This document shows, piece after piece, positions 20,294-30,450 of a stretch of 64,000 nucleotides of DNA (positions within the stretch are counted from its first letter, which is position 1; every line of letters starts with the position of its first letter). The position numbers were made by a program, and so were the translations under genes. The notes below the pieces were generated by a model. The model searched no databases and was not told where the DNA came from. It worked only from the letters and a program-made list of their open reading frames with translations. This DNA comes from Alphaproteobacteria bacterium (GTDB taxonomy: Bacteria; Desulfobacterota; Binatia; UBA12015): the NCBI GenBank assembly GCA_017853315.1, contig JAFMJW010000003.1:4537-68536 (forward strand), in the 5' to 3' direction.

Positions 20294-21426
20294 CTCGCCC
20301 GGACGCAGCGGCGGCAGGACGCCCGCTCCGCGTCCTGCTCGCGCAGACGAGCTTCCTCGGCGACGTCGTCCTGGCCACGCCGCTCGCCGAGGCGATCGCG
20401 GCGGCGATCCCGGGCGCGGACCTCCGGTGGCTCGTGCGCCCCGACGCAGCCGCGCTCGTGGCCCCCGCCGTCGGCCGCGACCGGGTGATCGCGTTCGACA
20501 AGCGCGGTGGTGCGGCCGGCGTGGCGGGGATCGTGCGCACGGCGCGCGCGGTCCGGGAGGCCGGATTCGACGCGGCGATCGCCGTGCAGCGCTCGCTCCG
20601 CACCGCGCTCGTCCTCGCACTCGCCGGCGTTCCCCGGCGCATCGGTTTCGCCGGCGCGCCCGGCGCTCCGTTCTACCACCGACGGGTCGTCGCATCGGGC
20701 CGGCACGCGCGCGATCGGCTCCTGTCGCTGGTCGAGGGGCTGGACGTGCCGCGGCCCGACCCGCCACCGGACCCGCGCCTCGTCGTCGATCCGGCGGCCT
20801 CCCGCGCGGTGGCGACGCTGCTCTCCGAGGCGGGGCTCGCCCCCTCGGATCGTCTCCTGGTCGTCGCGCCGGGCTCGGCCTGGGCGACCAAGCGCTGGCC
20901 CGCGCAGCGGTTCGGCTCGCTCGCCCGGGCGCTCGCGCCGGAGTTCGACGCCGTCGCGATCGTCGGGGCGGGCGGCGATGCCGCGCTCGCCGCGGCGGTC
21001 GTCCGCGGGCTCTCGGCGGGCGGAGGGAAGACCCCTCTCGCGATCGACCTGTGCGGCCGCACCGACACGGCCGGGCTCGTCGCGGCGATCGAGCGCTCGG
21101 GGCTCGTGGTCGCGAACGACAGCGCCGCGGGGCACGTCGCGGGCGCGCTCGGACGCCCGGTGGTCTCGCTGTTCGGCCCGACGGTGCCCGCGTTCGGCTT
21201 CGCCCCGATCGGCCCGCGCGTCCGCGTGGTCGAGCGGGATCTCGAGTGCCGCCCCTGCGCACGCCACGGCGGCGACGCCTGCCCGATCCGGACGCATGCC
21301 TGCATGGAGTCGATCGAGGTCGCGCAGGTCGCGGCGGCGGCGCGCGAGGCGCTCGCCGATCCGGGCCCGGGGATTCCCGCGGCGGGCGGCGTGGCGGCTC
21401 GGCGCACGTCCGGGGACCGGCCGTGA
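20290..21426 (+). CDS. Glycosyltransferase family 9 (LPS heptosyltransferase, WaaC/WaaF-like)
   Basis: Lies in the 3' part of ORF 20155..21426. N-terminal LRVLLAQTSFLGDVVLATPL and C-terminal GLVVANDSAAGHVAGALGRPVVSLFGPT motifs match heptosyltransferases. The start codon is uncertain: candidates are CTG at 20290, or ATG at 20215 / GTG at 20224 overlapping the trm112-like gene. Confidence 0.75.
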   Translation: MTRPDAAAAGRPLRVLLAQTSFLGDVVLATPLAEAIAAAIPGADLRWLVRPDAAALVAPAVGRDRVIAFDKRGGAAGVAGIVRTARAVREAGFDAAIAVQRSLRTALVLALAGVPRRIGFAGAPGAPFYHRRVVASGRHARDRLLSLVEGLDVPRPDPPPDPRLVVDPAASRAVATLLSEAGLAPSDRLLVVAPGSAWATKRWPAQRFGSLARALAPEFDAVAIVGAGGDAALAAAVVRGLSAGGGKTPLAIDLCGRTDTAGLVAAIERSGLVVANDSAAGHVAGALGRPVVSLFGPTVPAFGFAPIGPRVRVVERDLECRPCARHGGDACPIRTHACMESIEVAQVAAAAREALADPGPGIPAAGGVAARRTSGDRP

Positions 21427-22070
21427 GTTCGCCGCCGACGGTCGCCCTCCTCGCGGGCGAGCCCGCGAGCGATTCGCCGCTGCGGCCCGAGGATCTCGCG
21501 GACCGGGTCGCCTCGTTCGCCGACGGGGTCGGCTTGCGCGAGGTCCGCGAGCTTTCGGCCGACTCCGAGCTGCTGTGGCTTCCGCCGTGGGCCTTCCTCG
21601 ACCAGGCGCTCGCCCGGTCGATCGAGCGCTTCCGGGCCGGCCCGGCGACGGTCGCCGCGACGGCGGCGTTGCTGCGCGACCCGGATGCGACGATCCGCCT
21701 GCCGCGCGCCGTGCTGCTCGCGAAGCCGGGCGCGGTCGAGGTGCGTGCAACGGGCCTTGCCGCGCGCCCCGGCGTGGCCGTCGTCGAATTCGAGGGAAAC
21801 CTCGAGGCGAGGCCTCCCGGGCTCTCCGCCCACCTGCGCGGCATCGACCGCCAGGCGGCGACCTTCGCGCGGCTGCTCGAGGAGGCGGGCGAGCGACCGG
21901 GCAGGGTGCGTCTCGCACTCGTGCCGCTGGGCCGGCTCGCGGCGGCGATGCTCCGCTCTTCCGGGGACCGGCGTGCGGCACTCGCGCGCGCGACGCTCGA
22001 GTCGTTCCGCGAGGTGCTCGTTCAGGCGAAGCTCTGGGAGCGGTCGTCGGTCGATGCGGGGGTGCCGTGA
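21423..22070 (+). CDS. Hypothetical protein, translationally coupled inside the LPS core cluster
   Basis: GTG at 21423 overlaps the GT9 stop. It lies in frame in the 3' part of ORF 18384..22070, and its stop overlaps the start of the next gene (GTGA). No recognisable motif. Confidence 0.45.
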   Translation: MSSPPTVALLAGEPASDSPLRPEDLADRVASFADGVGLREVRELSADSELLWLPPWAFLDQALARSIERFRAGPATVAATAALLRDPDATIRLPRAVLLAKPGAVEVRATGLAARPGVAVVEFEGNLEARPPGLSAHLRGIDRQAATFARLLEEAGERPGRVRLALVPLGRLAAAMLRSSGDRRAALARATLESFREVLVQAKLWERSSVDAGVP

Positions 22071-22816
22071 GCCCCGTGTCGTCGTCGTCGCGGCTCGCCG
22101 GGGACGCGCTCGTCCGGGTCGCCGAGGGCGTCTGGTCGGTTCCCGGCTGCGACGACGAGGCGCTCTCCTGGCGCGAGTCCCTCGACGCGCCGCCGCCGCC
22201 GCCGGAGCCCGGCACGGCGGGGCGAGGCGGGGCCAGGCCCGTGCCGCTGCCGGGCGGTGGCCGCGGATGGCTCAAGGCGTACCGCCACGGCGGCCTCCTG
22301 CGGGGGCTGCTCGGCGAGGTCTACTGGGAGCGTCCGGAGCGCCCGCTTCGCGAGGCGTCGGCGATCGCGGCGGCGCGAACCTGCGGCGTGCTCGTGCCCG
22401 AGGTGCTGGCCGCGATCGTCCTGCCGCTTCCGCCGCCGCTCGGGCGGCTCTACCGCGCGGGACTCGTCACGCGGGAGATCCCCGCGCGGCGATCGCTCGC
22501 GGAGGCTCTGCGCACGACTCCCGGGAGCGCGGCGCGGGCGGAGATCGTCGGTCGCTGCTGGGACGTGATGCGTAGACTGCACGACGGCGGCGTGCGGCAC
22601 CGGGACGCGAACGCGACCAACTTCCTGGTCGGCGAGCCCGCGGACGACGTCGCCCTGATCGACTTCGACGGCGCGGTGGTGGGCGACGGCCCGGTCGGCG
22701 AGCGCGGTCGGCTGTTCGCCCGACGCCGGCTCGCTCGGTCGGTCGCGAAACTCGGGCTCCCCGGGCTCGATCGGCGCGGGGTCAAGGCGATCCTCGACGC
22801 GAGGGACTCGCGGTGA
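22067..22816 (+). CDS. Lipopolysaccharide kinase family protein (Kdo kinase KdkA / WaaP-like, PF06293-like)
   Basis: 249 aa. ...GGRGWLKAYRHGG... and RHRDANATNFLV resemble the HRDxxxxN catalytic loop of the Kdo/WaaP kinase family. GTG at 22067 overlaps the upstream stop. Confidence 0.65.
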   Translation: MSPVSSSSRLAGDALVRVAEGVWSVPGCDDEALSWRESLDAPPPPPEPGTAGRGGARPVPLPGGGRGWLKAYRHGGLLRGLLGEVYWERPERPLREASAIAAARTCGVLVPEVLAAIVLPLPPPLGRLYRAGLVTREIPARRSLAEALRTTPGSAARAEIVGRCWDVMRRLHDGGVRHRDANATNFLVGEPADDVALIDFDGAVVGDGPVGERGRLFARRRLARSVAKLGLPGLDRRGVKAILDARDSR

Positions 22817-24363
22817 GCGTCGGCGATCCCTGGCGCGGCGACACGGTCGTCGCGCTCGCTCTCGCGATGGCCGCGGGCTCCCCGGGCGAGGGCCGCGTGC
22901 TCAAGCGGGGCCGCCGCGGCTCGGTGGTCTGGCTCGACGGCGCCGGACCCGACGGCGAGGCGGTGGTGGTGAAGACGTCCCGGCAGGACGGCGTGCGCCG
23001 CCTCGCGGCCCGGTTCGTGGGTTCGCCGGCGGAGCGGCAGATGCGGGCCGCGCGCGCTCTCGCGGCGGCAGGAGTCGGCACGCCGGTCCCGCTCGCGGCG
23101 GTCGACCGGGTCGGCCCGGACGGCGCGACGAGCAGCTTCGTCGCCCGCGCGGAGGCCGAGGCCCAGCCTCTGGATGCATTCCTGCCCGGGATCGACGGGG
23201 GCGATCGCAAGGTCTTCGCCCGCGAACTGGGTCGCTTCCTCGCCGCGGTCCATCGCAGCGGCGTGTGGGTGCCGGACCTGCGGGACAAGAACCTGCTCGC
23301 GGCGCGCGTTCCGGGCGGCGGCTTCCGCTTCTCGATCGTCGACCTCGACCGCGCGCGCACGGTGTCGCGCGCCCTCTCCTGGCGGCGGCGACGCCGCAGC
23401 CTCGTGCAGCTCGACCGGACGCTCGGCTGGATCGCGACCGAGCGCGAGCGCATCGCGACCGCGGTCGCCTACTGGCGGGCCTGGCCGCGCCCGCGCCCGC
23501 CTCTCGGCCCGATGGTCGGCGAGATCGACGCCGTGCGCCGGCGCAAGGACGCGCAGGTCGCCCGGCGGCGCGCGCGCGCCGGGATCGTCCCCGAGGAGCG
23601 CCAGAAGCTCTCCTGCATCGTCGTGACCGGCAACGAGATGGCGCACATCCGCGGCTGCCTCGAGAGCGTGTCGTTCGCGGACGAGGTGGTGGTCGTCGAC
23701 TCGTTCTCGACCGACGGCACGTGGGACGTGTGCCGGGAGTTCACGCCGCGGGTCCTGCGACGGGCGTGGACCGGGTACCGCGACCAGAAGGCCTTCGCCC
23801 TCTCGCAGTCCACCCATCCGTGGATCCTGAACGTCGATGCCGACGAGCGGGTGTCGCCGGAGCTCCGGGCGGACGTCGAGAGGGTGCTCACGAGCGACGG
23901 CCGGGGCTACGACGGCTTCGAGATCCCGCGGCTCGTGCACTACCTCGGGCGCTGGTGGCGTTACGGCGGCTGGTATCCCGACCTCCGGCTGCGGCTGTTC
24001 CGCCGCGAGCGCGCGACCTGGGGCGGCACCGACCCGCACGAGCACGTGATCCTGCGCGGCCGGATCGGCCGCCTCGACTCCCCACTCTGGCACTTCACCT
24101 ACGACGACGTCGCCGACCACGTGTCGACGATCGACCGCTTCACGACCATCGCGAGCCGCAGCGGGACGCGACCCCCGCGACGCGCCTCGTGGGGCTCGCT
24201 CGTCCTGCGGCCGGCGGGGCGCTTCCTGCGCTTCTACCTGCTGAAGGGTGGTTTCCGCATGGGCTTTCCCGGGCTGTTCGCGGGGATCTCGGCCGCGGTC
24301 TACGGGCACCTGAAGTACGCCAAGCGCGACGAACGGGCCCGCGCTCGGACGGAGGCGCCGTGA
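22813..24363 (+). CDS. Fusion protein: N-terminal LPS kinase-like domain (Kdo/WaaP family) plus C-terminal family-2 glycosyltransferase (WaaE/KdtX-like)
   Basis: 516 aa. The N-terminal ~250 aa contain WLDGAGPDGEAVVVKTSRQ... and SGVWVPDLRDKNLLA (kinase catalytic-loop-like). The C-terminal ~265 aa contain LSCIVVTGNEMAHIRGCLESVSFADEVVVVDSFSTDGT (GT2 DxD region) and ILNVDADERVSPEL. Confidence 0.75.
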   Translation: MSVGDPWRGDTVVALALAMAAGSPGEGRVLKRGRRGSVVWLDGAGPDGEAVVVKTSRQDGVRRLAARFVGSPAERQMRAARALAAAGVGTPVPLAAVDRVGPDGATSSFVARAEAEAQPLDAFLPGIDGGDRKVFARELGRFLAAVHRSGVWVPDLRDKNLLAARVPGGGFRFSIVDLDRARTVSRALSWRRRRRSLVQLDRTLGWIATERERIATAVAYWRAWPRPRPPLGPMVGEIDAVRRRKDAQVARRRARAGIVPEERQKLSCIVVTGNEMAHIRGCLESVSFADEVVVVDSFSTDGTWDVCREFTPRVLRRAWTGYRDQKAFALSQSTHPWILNVDADERVSPELRADVERVLTSDGRGYDGFEIPRLVHYLGRWWRYGGWYPDLRLRLFRRERATWGGTDPHEHVILRGRIGRLDSPLWHFTYDDVADHVSTIDRFTTIASRSGTRPPRRASWGSLVLRPAGRFLRFYLLKGGFRMGFPGLFAGISAAVYGHLKYAKRDERARARTEAP

Positions 24364-25457
24364 GGCCGGCGAGCGTCCTGCACGTCGATCCCGAGCGGGG
24401 CTTCAGCGGCGGCGAGACCCAAGTGCTGGCGCTCGCGGAGGAGCTTCTTCGCATGGGCGTCCGCGGCTGGATCGCCTGCGATCCCGCGGGCGGGCTCGCC
24501 GCCCGGGCCCGGGCGTGCGGGATCGACGTCGTGGATCTTCGGGTCCGACGCGGGCACGACCCGGGGGCGGGGCTCCGGCTCCGCGCGATCGTGCGGGAGC
24601 GCCGGCCCGAGGTGGTCCACTTCCACACCGCCCGCGCGCTCACGCTCGCGCCGTTCGTGCCGCGCCCCGCGTTTCGCGTCGTGACGCGACGGATGGACCA
24701 GGCGCCCCGCGGCGCCGGTGCCTACGTGCGCTGGCTCTACGCCCGGGTCGACGCGATCATCGCGATCTCGACTGCGGCTCGCGGAGGCCTCGTCGCGCGT
24801 GGCGTGCCCGCGGCTCGCATCGATCTCGTGCACAGCGGCGTCGACGTCTCGCGCTTCGCCGGGCTGCCGGGTCGCGACGCGGCGGCCCGCGAGGCGATGG
24901 AGGTGCCGGCCGGTCGGTCCGTGGTGGCGATCGTCGCACAACTGCACCGCCGCAAGGGGCACGACGTCCTGCTCCACGCCCTCGCCCGGATGCCGCGGGA
25001 GGGAAGGCCGCTCTGCCTCGCGGCGGGGACGGGGCCCGAGGGGGACGCGTTGCTCGACCTCTCCCGTTCGCTCGGCCTCTCTTCCGAGGTCCGCTGGCTC
25101 GGGCAGGTGGCCGACGTGCGAGGTGTGCTGCGCGCCGCGGACGTGGTCGCGATGCCGTCGCGGGCCGAGGGGCTCGGGGTCGCCGCGATCGAGGCACTCG
25201 CGGCGGCCCGGCCGCTCGTGGCGAGCGCGGTGGGCGGCTTGCCGGAGATCGTCCGCGACGGGATCGAAGGCGTGCTCGTGCCGCCGGAGGACGCGGGGGC
25301 GCTCGGCACGGCACTGGCGCGCTGTCTCTCGGACGAGGGCCTGCGGGAGCGCATGGGGGAGGCCGGGCTGCGTCGCGCGGCGGCCTTCTCGACGGCGGCG
25401 ATGGCGCGGGGAACCCTCGCGGTGTACGAACGCCTGCTCGCACGGCCGGTCCGCTAG
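24360..25457 (+). CDS. Glycosyltransferase family 4 (GT-B, RfaG-like)
   Basis: GTG at 24360 overlaps the upstream stop. The C-terminal motif VVAMPSRAEGLGVAAIEALAAARPLVASAVGGLPEIVRDGIEGVLV matches the GT4 E-x7-E region. Confidence 0.85.
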   Translation: MRPASVLHVDPERGFSGGETQVLALAEELLRMGVRGWIACDPAGGLAARARACGIDVVDLRVRRGHDPGAGLRLRAIVRERRPEVVHFHTARALTLAPFVPRPAFRVVTRRMDQAPRGAGAYVRWLYARVDAIIAISTAARGGLVARGVPAARIDLVHSGVDVSRFAGLPGRDAAAREAMEVPAGRSVVAIVAQLHRRKGHDVLLHALARMPREGRPLCLAAGTGPEGDALLDLSRSLGLSSEVRWLGQVADVRGVLRAADVVAMPSRAEGLGVAAIEALAAARPLVASAVGGLPEIVRDGIEGVLVPPEDAGALGTALARCLSDEGLRERMGEAGLRRAAAFSTAAMARGTLAVYERLLARPVR

Positions 25458-25536
25458 GGCGGGCGCGAGTCGCGAACCCGCGACGGCGCCGATGCCCGGG
25501 AGTTCGCATCCGGCCGGACGGAGCGTCCGAGGGAGC

Positions 25537-26721
25537 ATGGCGAGCCGCCGATCGAAGACCGGGAGCACCGCGCCGACGGACGCGCGACGCGCGCGACGAC
25601 CGGCCGCGGGACGCTCCCGTGGCGCGGCTCGCGACCGCCTCGGCCGCCTCGTGCTCCGCTTCGCGGGCGCGCGGGTGCTGGTCGTCGGCGACCTGATGCT
25701 CGACCGCTTCGTCCGCGGGGACGTCTGGCGGATCTCGCCGGAGGCGCCGGTGCCGGTCGTGCAGGTGCGGTCCGAGGACGTGCATCCCGGCGGGGCGGGC
25801 AACGTGGTGGCGAACCTCGCCGCCCTCGGCGCGCGGCCGGCCGTGGTCGGGTGGGTCGGGCGCGACGCGGCCGGGCGCGAACTGCGCTCGCTGCTCGAAG
25901 AGCTCGGCGCCGACGCCTCGGGGGTGGTCGCCTCCGACGGCGTCGTCACGATCGAGAAGACGCGGATCGTCGCCCACGCGCAGCAGATGGTCCGGCTCGA
26001 CCGGGAGCCGACGCGGCCGGGCGAGGCCCTGCGCCGGGCCGTGGTCGAGCGCGTCGTCCGCTCGCTCGGGCGCGCCGACGCCGTCGTGGTGTCCGACTAC
26101 GGCAAGGGCGCGATCGGGCCCGAGCTCCTCGGACGCCTCGGCGACGAGCGCACGCGCGGCCGTCGTCCGCTCCTGATCGACCCCAAGCAGTCGAACTTCG
26201 CGCACTACCGCGGCGCGACGCTCGTCAAGCCGAACGCGATGGAAGCGCGCGAGGCCACCGGGATCGCGATCGTGGACGACGCCACGCTCGAGGCGGCGGG
26301 GGCCGACCTGATCGAGCGCTGGGCCTGCGAGAACGTCCTGCTGTCGCGCGGGGAGCACGGGATCTCGTTGTTTCGACGCGGGCGCGGATCGGCGCACTTC
26401 CCGACCGCGGCCCGGGAGGTGTTCGACGTGACCGGAGCCGGCGACACCGTCATCGCCGTGGCGGCGCTGGCGCTCGCGCGCGGCGGGAGCCCCGAAGAGG
26501 CGGCGTGGCTCGCGAACGTCGCGGCAGGCGTCGTGGTCGGCAAGGTGGGAACCGCGACGCTCGACGGGGGCGAACTGCTCCGCGCCGTCGACGAGGCGCT
26601 GGCCGCGGGCATGGACGCGCCGGGAGCGAAGGCCGGTCGCGCGATCCCGGCGGGGGGCTCGGGCGCGCGACGCGCGGCACGGACGGGGACGGCCGGGCGC
26701 GGGACGGGGAGAGCGACGTGA
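25537..26721 (+). CDS. hldA: D-glycero-beta-D-manno-heptose-7-phosphate kinase (HldE domain I / HldA, PfkB family), with a low-complexity C-terminal tail
   Basis: ATG at 25537 preceded by GAGGGAG. Diagnostic motifs are VLVVGDLMLDRFVRG, PGGAGNVVANLAALG, and FDVTGAGDTVIAVAALALARG. No adenylyltransferase domain is attached. Confidence 0.85.
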   Translation: MASRRSKTGSTAPTDARRARRPAAGRSRGAARDRLGRLVLRFAGARVLVVGDLMLDRFVRGDVWRISPEAPVPVVQVRSEDVHPGGAGNVVANLAALGARPAVVGWVGRDAAGRELRSLLEELGADASGVVASDGVVTIEKTRIVAHAQQMVRLDREPTRPGEALRRAVVERVVRSLGRADAVVVSDYGKGAIGPELLGRLGDERTRGRRPLLIDPKQSNFAHYRGATLVKPNAMEAREATGIAIVDDATLEAAGADLIERWACENVLLSRGEHGISLFRRGRGSAHFPTAAREVFDVTGAGDTVIAVAALALARGGSPEEAAWLANVAAGVVVGKVGTATLDGGELLRAVDEALAAGMDAPGAKAGRAIPAGGSGARRAARTGTAGRGTGRAT

Positions 26722-27596
26722 AGAGCATGACCGGGTTCGGCAGCGCGGCGGCCACGGTGTCCGGGGGGCGCCTGGTCGCCGAGGTGCGGAGCGTGAACGC
26801 GCGCTTCCTCGACCTGAAGATCTCGCTCCCGCGCGAGCACGCGTCGGTCGAGGGCGAGGTCCGCGAGTCGGTGCAGGCCGCGATCGAACGCGGTCGGGTC
26901 GAGGTGTCGGTCCGGCGGGAGGGCGCCGCGAAGCGGCGCTCCCGGGTCGAGGTCGATCTCGACCTGGCGCGGGCCCATGCCGAAGCCTGGCGCAAGGTCC
27001 AGCAGGCGCTCGGTCTCTCGGGCGGCGTGGACCTGGCGCTGCTGCGGGCGAGCGGCTCCGAGATCGTCCGGGTGGTCGATGCGCCCGTCGACCCGGCCGA
27101 CGAGCAGCCGGCGCTGCGTCGGGCGGTTTCGAAGGCTCTCGTGGCGCATGCCCGCGACCGCGCACGCGAGGGGGCCCATCTCCGCGACGACATGCGCAAG
27201 CGCCTCGACGCGATCGACGGGCTGCGCTCCGACTGCATGCGCGAGGCGGGCAGACTGCGCGGCCATCTCGCCGAGCGCCTGACGAACCGGGTCGCCGCGC
27301 TCCTCGGCGGGCAGGCGCCCGACCCGGCGCGCATCGTGCAGGAGGTGGCGATCGCGCTCGAGCGCAGCGACTTCACCGAGGAGCTGACCCGGCTGGGCAG
27401 CCACGTCGACGCGTTCCGCAAGCTGCTGCGCGAGGCCGCTCCCGTCGGCAAGCGCATCGAGTTCCTCCTGCAGGAGATGCTGCGCGAGGTGAACACGATC
27501 GGCTCCAAGGCGGGCCACCTGCCGGTCACGCAGGCGGTGCTCGCCGCCAAGGGCGAGCTCGAGAAGTTGCGCGAGCAGGCGGCGAACGTGGAATGA
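26718..27596 (+). CDS. yicC: YicC-family protein (DUF1732; stress-induced)
   Basis: GTG at 26718 overlaps the hldA stop. N-terminal KSMTGFGSAAATVSGGRLVAEVRSVNARFLDLKISLP and C-terminal VNTIGSKAGHLPV...ELEKLREQAANVE. Confidence 0.8.
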   Translation: MKSMTGFGSAAATVSGGRLVAEVRSVNARFLDLKISLPREHASVEGEVRESVQAAIERGRVEVSVRREGAAKRRSRVEVDLDLARAHAEAWRKVQQALGLSGGVDLALLRASGSEIVRVVDAPVDPADEQPALRRAVSKALVAHARDRAREGAHLRDDMRKRLDAIDGLRSDCMREAGRLRGHLAERLTNRVAALLGGQAPDPARIVQEVAIALERSDFTEELTRLGSHVDAFRKLLREAAPVGKRIEFLLQEMLREVNTIGSKAGHLPVTQAVLAAKGELEKLREQAANVE

Positions 27597-28210
27597 GCGA
27601 GTTGCGGGAAGCCTCGGACGCTCGCCGCGGGGTCCTGTTCGTCGTCTCGGCGCCCTCGGGCGCGGGCAAGACGACGCTCGTGCGCTCGGCGCTCGAGAGG
27701 CTGCCCGACCTCGAGCTCTCCGTCTCGTTCACGACCCGGCGTCCCCGCGTCGGCGAGGTCGACGGCCGGGACTACTTCTTCGTCGAGGAGGGCGAGTTCG
27801 TGCGCCGGCTCGCGGCGGGCGAGTTCGTCGAGTGGGCGTCGGTGTTCGACCACTCCTACGCGACCCCGCGGGCGCCGCTCGACGCGGCGATCGCGGCCGG
27901 GCACGACGTCCTGCTCGACGTCGACATCCAGGGCGCCCGCTCGATCAAGGCGGCCTACCCCCGCGACGCGGTCGGCGTGTTCGTCGTGCCGCCGTCGCTC
28001 GACGAGCTCGAGGTCCGGCTGCGGGCGCGCGGCACCGATGGCGAGGAGCAGGTGCGACGGCGCCTCGAGCGCGCCCGCCTCGAGCTCCAGGCGCTCGCCG
28101 AGCCCGGCATCTACGACTACCGCGTGGTGAACCGCGAGCGCGCCCGGGCGGGCGAGGACCTGCGATCGATCATCCTCGCCGAGCGCTGCCGCAACGACCG
28201 GGCTCGCTGA
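27593..28210 (+). CDS. gmk: Guanylate kinase
   Basis: P-loop SAPSGAGKTTL. The yicC-gmk order is conserved, with an ATGA overlap. Confidence 0.95.
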   Translation: MSELREASDARRGVLFVVSAPSGAGKTTLVRSALERLPDLELSVSFTTRRPRVGEVDGRDYFFVEEGEFVRRLAAGEFVEWASVFDHSYATPRAPLDAAIAAGHDVLLDVDIQGARSIKAAYPRDAVGVFVVPPSLDELEVRLRARGTDGEEQVRRRLERARLELQALAEPGIYDYRVVNRERARAGEDLRSIILAERCRNDRAR

Positions 28211-28273
28211 GCGACCGGCCGGGCGGTCGCCGCTGCTTGCGGGCCGGCGGCGCCGGCCCTAGGCTTTCCCCGC

Positions 28274-30418
28274 GTGCGCATCGACGACCTCTGCACCAAG
28301 GTCCAGGCCTACCTGCCGGCTGCGCCGGTCGAGGTGATCCGGCGCGCCTACGAGTTCTCGGCCGAGAAGCACAAGAAGCAGCGGCGCGCGTCCGGCGAAC
28401 CCTACGTGTCGCATCCGCTCGAGGTGGCGCACATCATCGCGGACCTGCGCCTCGACGTGCCGAGCGTCGCCTCGGGGCTCCTGCACGACACCGTGGAGGA
28501 CACGCTCACGACGGTCGCCCACCTCGAGTCCGACTTCGGCGCCGAGGTCGCGACGCTGGTCGACGGCGTGACGAAGATCAGCCGCATCAACTTCACGAGC
28601 CGCGAGGAGCACCAGGCCGAGAACTTCCGCAAGATGGTGCTCGCGATGGCGCAGGACATCCGCGTCATCCTGATCAAGCTCGCCGACCGGACCCACAACA
28701 TGCGGACCCTGCAGGGCCTGCCGCCGGCCAAGCAGGAGTCGGTCGCCCAGGAGACGCTCGACGTCTACGCGCCTCTCGCCCACCGTCTCGGCATCCAGTG
28801 GATGAAGACCGAGATGGAGGACGCGGCGCTCCGCGCGCTCCACCCGGAGGTCTACTACCAGCTGAAGCGCGCCGTCGCGAAGAAGAAGGCCGAGCGCGAG
28901 CGCTACATCCGCGACACCCAGGCGATCCTGAAGCGGCAGTTCGACGCGGCCGAGATCGACGCGGACATCACCGGCCGGCCCAAGCACTTCTACTCGATCT
29001 ACCAGAAGATGCGGGCGCAGAACCTGCTCTACGAGCAGGTGAACGACCTGATCGCCTTCCGCGTGATCGTCGATTCCGTTCGCGACTGCTACGAGGCGCT
29101 CGGCGTCGTCCACCAGAACTGGAAGCCGGTCCCCGGGCGCTTCAAGGACTACGTCGCGCTGCCGAAGGCGAACATGTACCAGTCGCTGCACACGACGATC
29201 ATCGGGCCGCGCGGCGAGCGCATCGAGGTTCAGATCCGCACGCGCGAGATGCACCGGATCGCGGAGGAGGGCGTCGCCGCCCACTGGAAGTACAAGAGCG
29301 GCAGCGGGATCGACCTCGAGGACGTCCAGCGCTTCCAGTGGCTGCGCCAGATGCTCGAGTGGCAGCAGCAGGTGAAGGACCCGCAGGAGTTCCTGCACGG
29401 CTTCAAGGAGGACCTCTTCCCCGACGAGGTCTTCGTGTTCACGCCGAAGGGCGACCTCCTGAACTTCCCGCAGGGCGCGACGGTGATCGACTTCGCCTAC
29501 CGGATCCACACCCAGGTCGGGCACCAGTGCACGGGGGCGCGCGTCGGCGGCCGCATCGTGCCGCTGCGCTACCAGCTTCAGAGCGGCGACACCGTCGAGA
29601 TCATCACGACCCAGAAGCAGACGCCGAGCCGCGACTGGATCAAGATCGTCAAGACGGTCCGCGCGAAGCAGAAGATCCGGGCCTGGGTGAAGCAGCAGCA
29701 GGCGACCCGCAGCATCGCGGTCGGGCGCGAGATCCTCGCCCGCGACTTCGCGCGCCACGGCCTCGACCTCGCCAAGATGCAGCGCGACGGGAGCCTCGAG
29801 AGGGCGGCCTGGCAGATCGGCTCGCGCGGCCTCGACGCCCTCATCGCCGACGTCGGCTACGGCAAGGTCGCGCCCCGGCAGGTGATCGAGACGGTCGCGC
29901 CGGAGGCGGTCGAGCGCCGTGGACCCGAGCGCGAGGGTACCCTGCAGCGGCTGTTCCGGGCGGTCTCCCGCCGGCCGGGCGCGGGCATCCGCGTGAGCGG
30001 GATCGACGACGTGCTGGTTCGTTTCGCGCGCTGCTGCGACCCGCTTCCCGGCGAGCGCATCACCGGTTTCATCACCCGCGGGCGCGGCGTCACCGTCCAC
30101 GCGATGGACTGCGTGAAGGTGCTCGAAGCCGACCCGCAGCGACGCGTCGACTGCGTTTGGGCCGCCGACGGCCGGGCGCCGCGGCCGATCCGCCTCGAGG
30201 TGACGAGCATCGACGAACCGGGCCAGCTCGCCGCGATCACGAAGACCATCGCGCAGACCGGAATCAACATCGCGAAGGCGGAGGTGCGCGGCATCGCGGA
30301 CCGCAAGGCGCTGCACGCCTTCGAGCTCATGATCGCCAACGTCGACGACCTGAGCCGCCTCATGCGGAGCCTGACCCGCGTGAAGGGCGTCATGCGGGTG
30401 GAGCGACTGCGCGCCTGA
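28274..30418 (+). CDS. rel: Bifunctional (p)ppGpp synthetase/hydrolase (RelA/SpoT homologue)
   Basis: 714 aa with an HD hydrolase domain ([15 protein letters not shown]), a synthetase domain ([23 protein letters not shown]), and TGS and ACT domains C-terminally. Confidence 0.95.
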   Translation: MRIDDLCTKVQAYLPAAPVEVIRRAYEFSAEKHKKQRRASGEPYVSHPLEVAHIIADLRLDVPSVASGLLHDTVEDTLTTVAHLESDFGAEVATLVDGVTKISRINFTSREEHQAENFRKMVLAMAQDIRVILIKLADRTHNMRTLQGLPPAKQESVAQETLDVYAPLAHRLGIQWMKTEMEDAALRALHPEVYYQLKRAVAKKKAERERYIRDTQAILKRQFDAAEIDADITGRPKHFYSIYQKMRAQNLLYEQVNDLIAFRVIVDSVRDCYEALGVVHQNWKPVPGRFKDYVALPKANMYQSLHTTIIGPRGERIEVQIRTREMHRIAEEGVAAHWKYKSGSGIDLEDVQRFQWLRQMLEWQQQVKDPQEFLHGFKEDLFPDEVFVFTPKGDLLNFPQGATVIDFAYRIHTQVGHQCTGARVGGRIVPLRYQLQSGDTVEIITTQKQTPSRDWIKIVKTVRAKQKIRAWVKQQQATRSIAVGREILARDFARHGLDLAKMQRDGSLERAAWQIGSRGLDALIADVGYGKVAPRQVIETVAPEAVERRGPEREGTLQRLFRAVSRRPGAGIRVSGIDDVLVRFARCCDPLPGERITGFITRGRGVTVHAMDCVKVLEADPQRRVDCVWAADGRAPRPIRLEVTSIDEPGQLAAITKTIAQTGINIAKAEVRGIADRKALHAFELMIANVDDLSRLMRSLTRVKGVMRVERLRA

Positions 30419-30450
30419 GCGCGCGCGGCCGTGGCGGAAGGGGGGCGACG

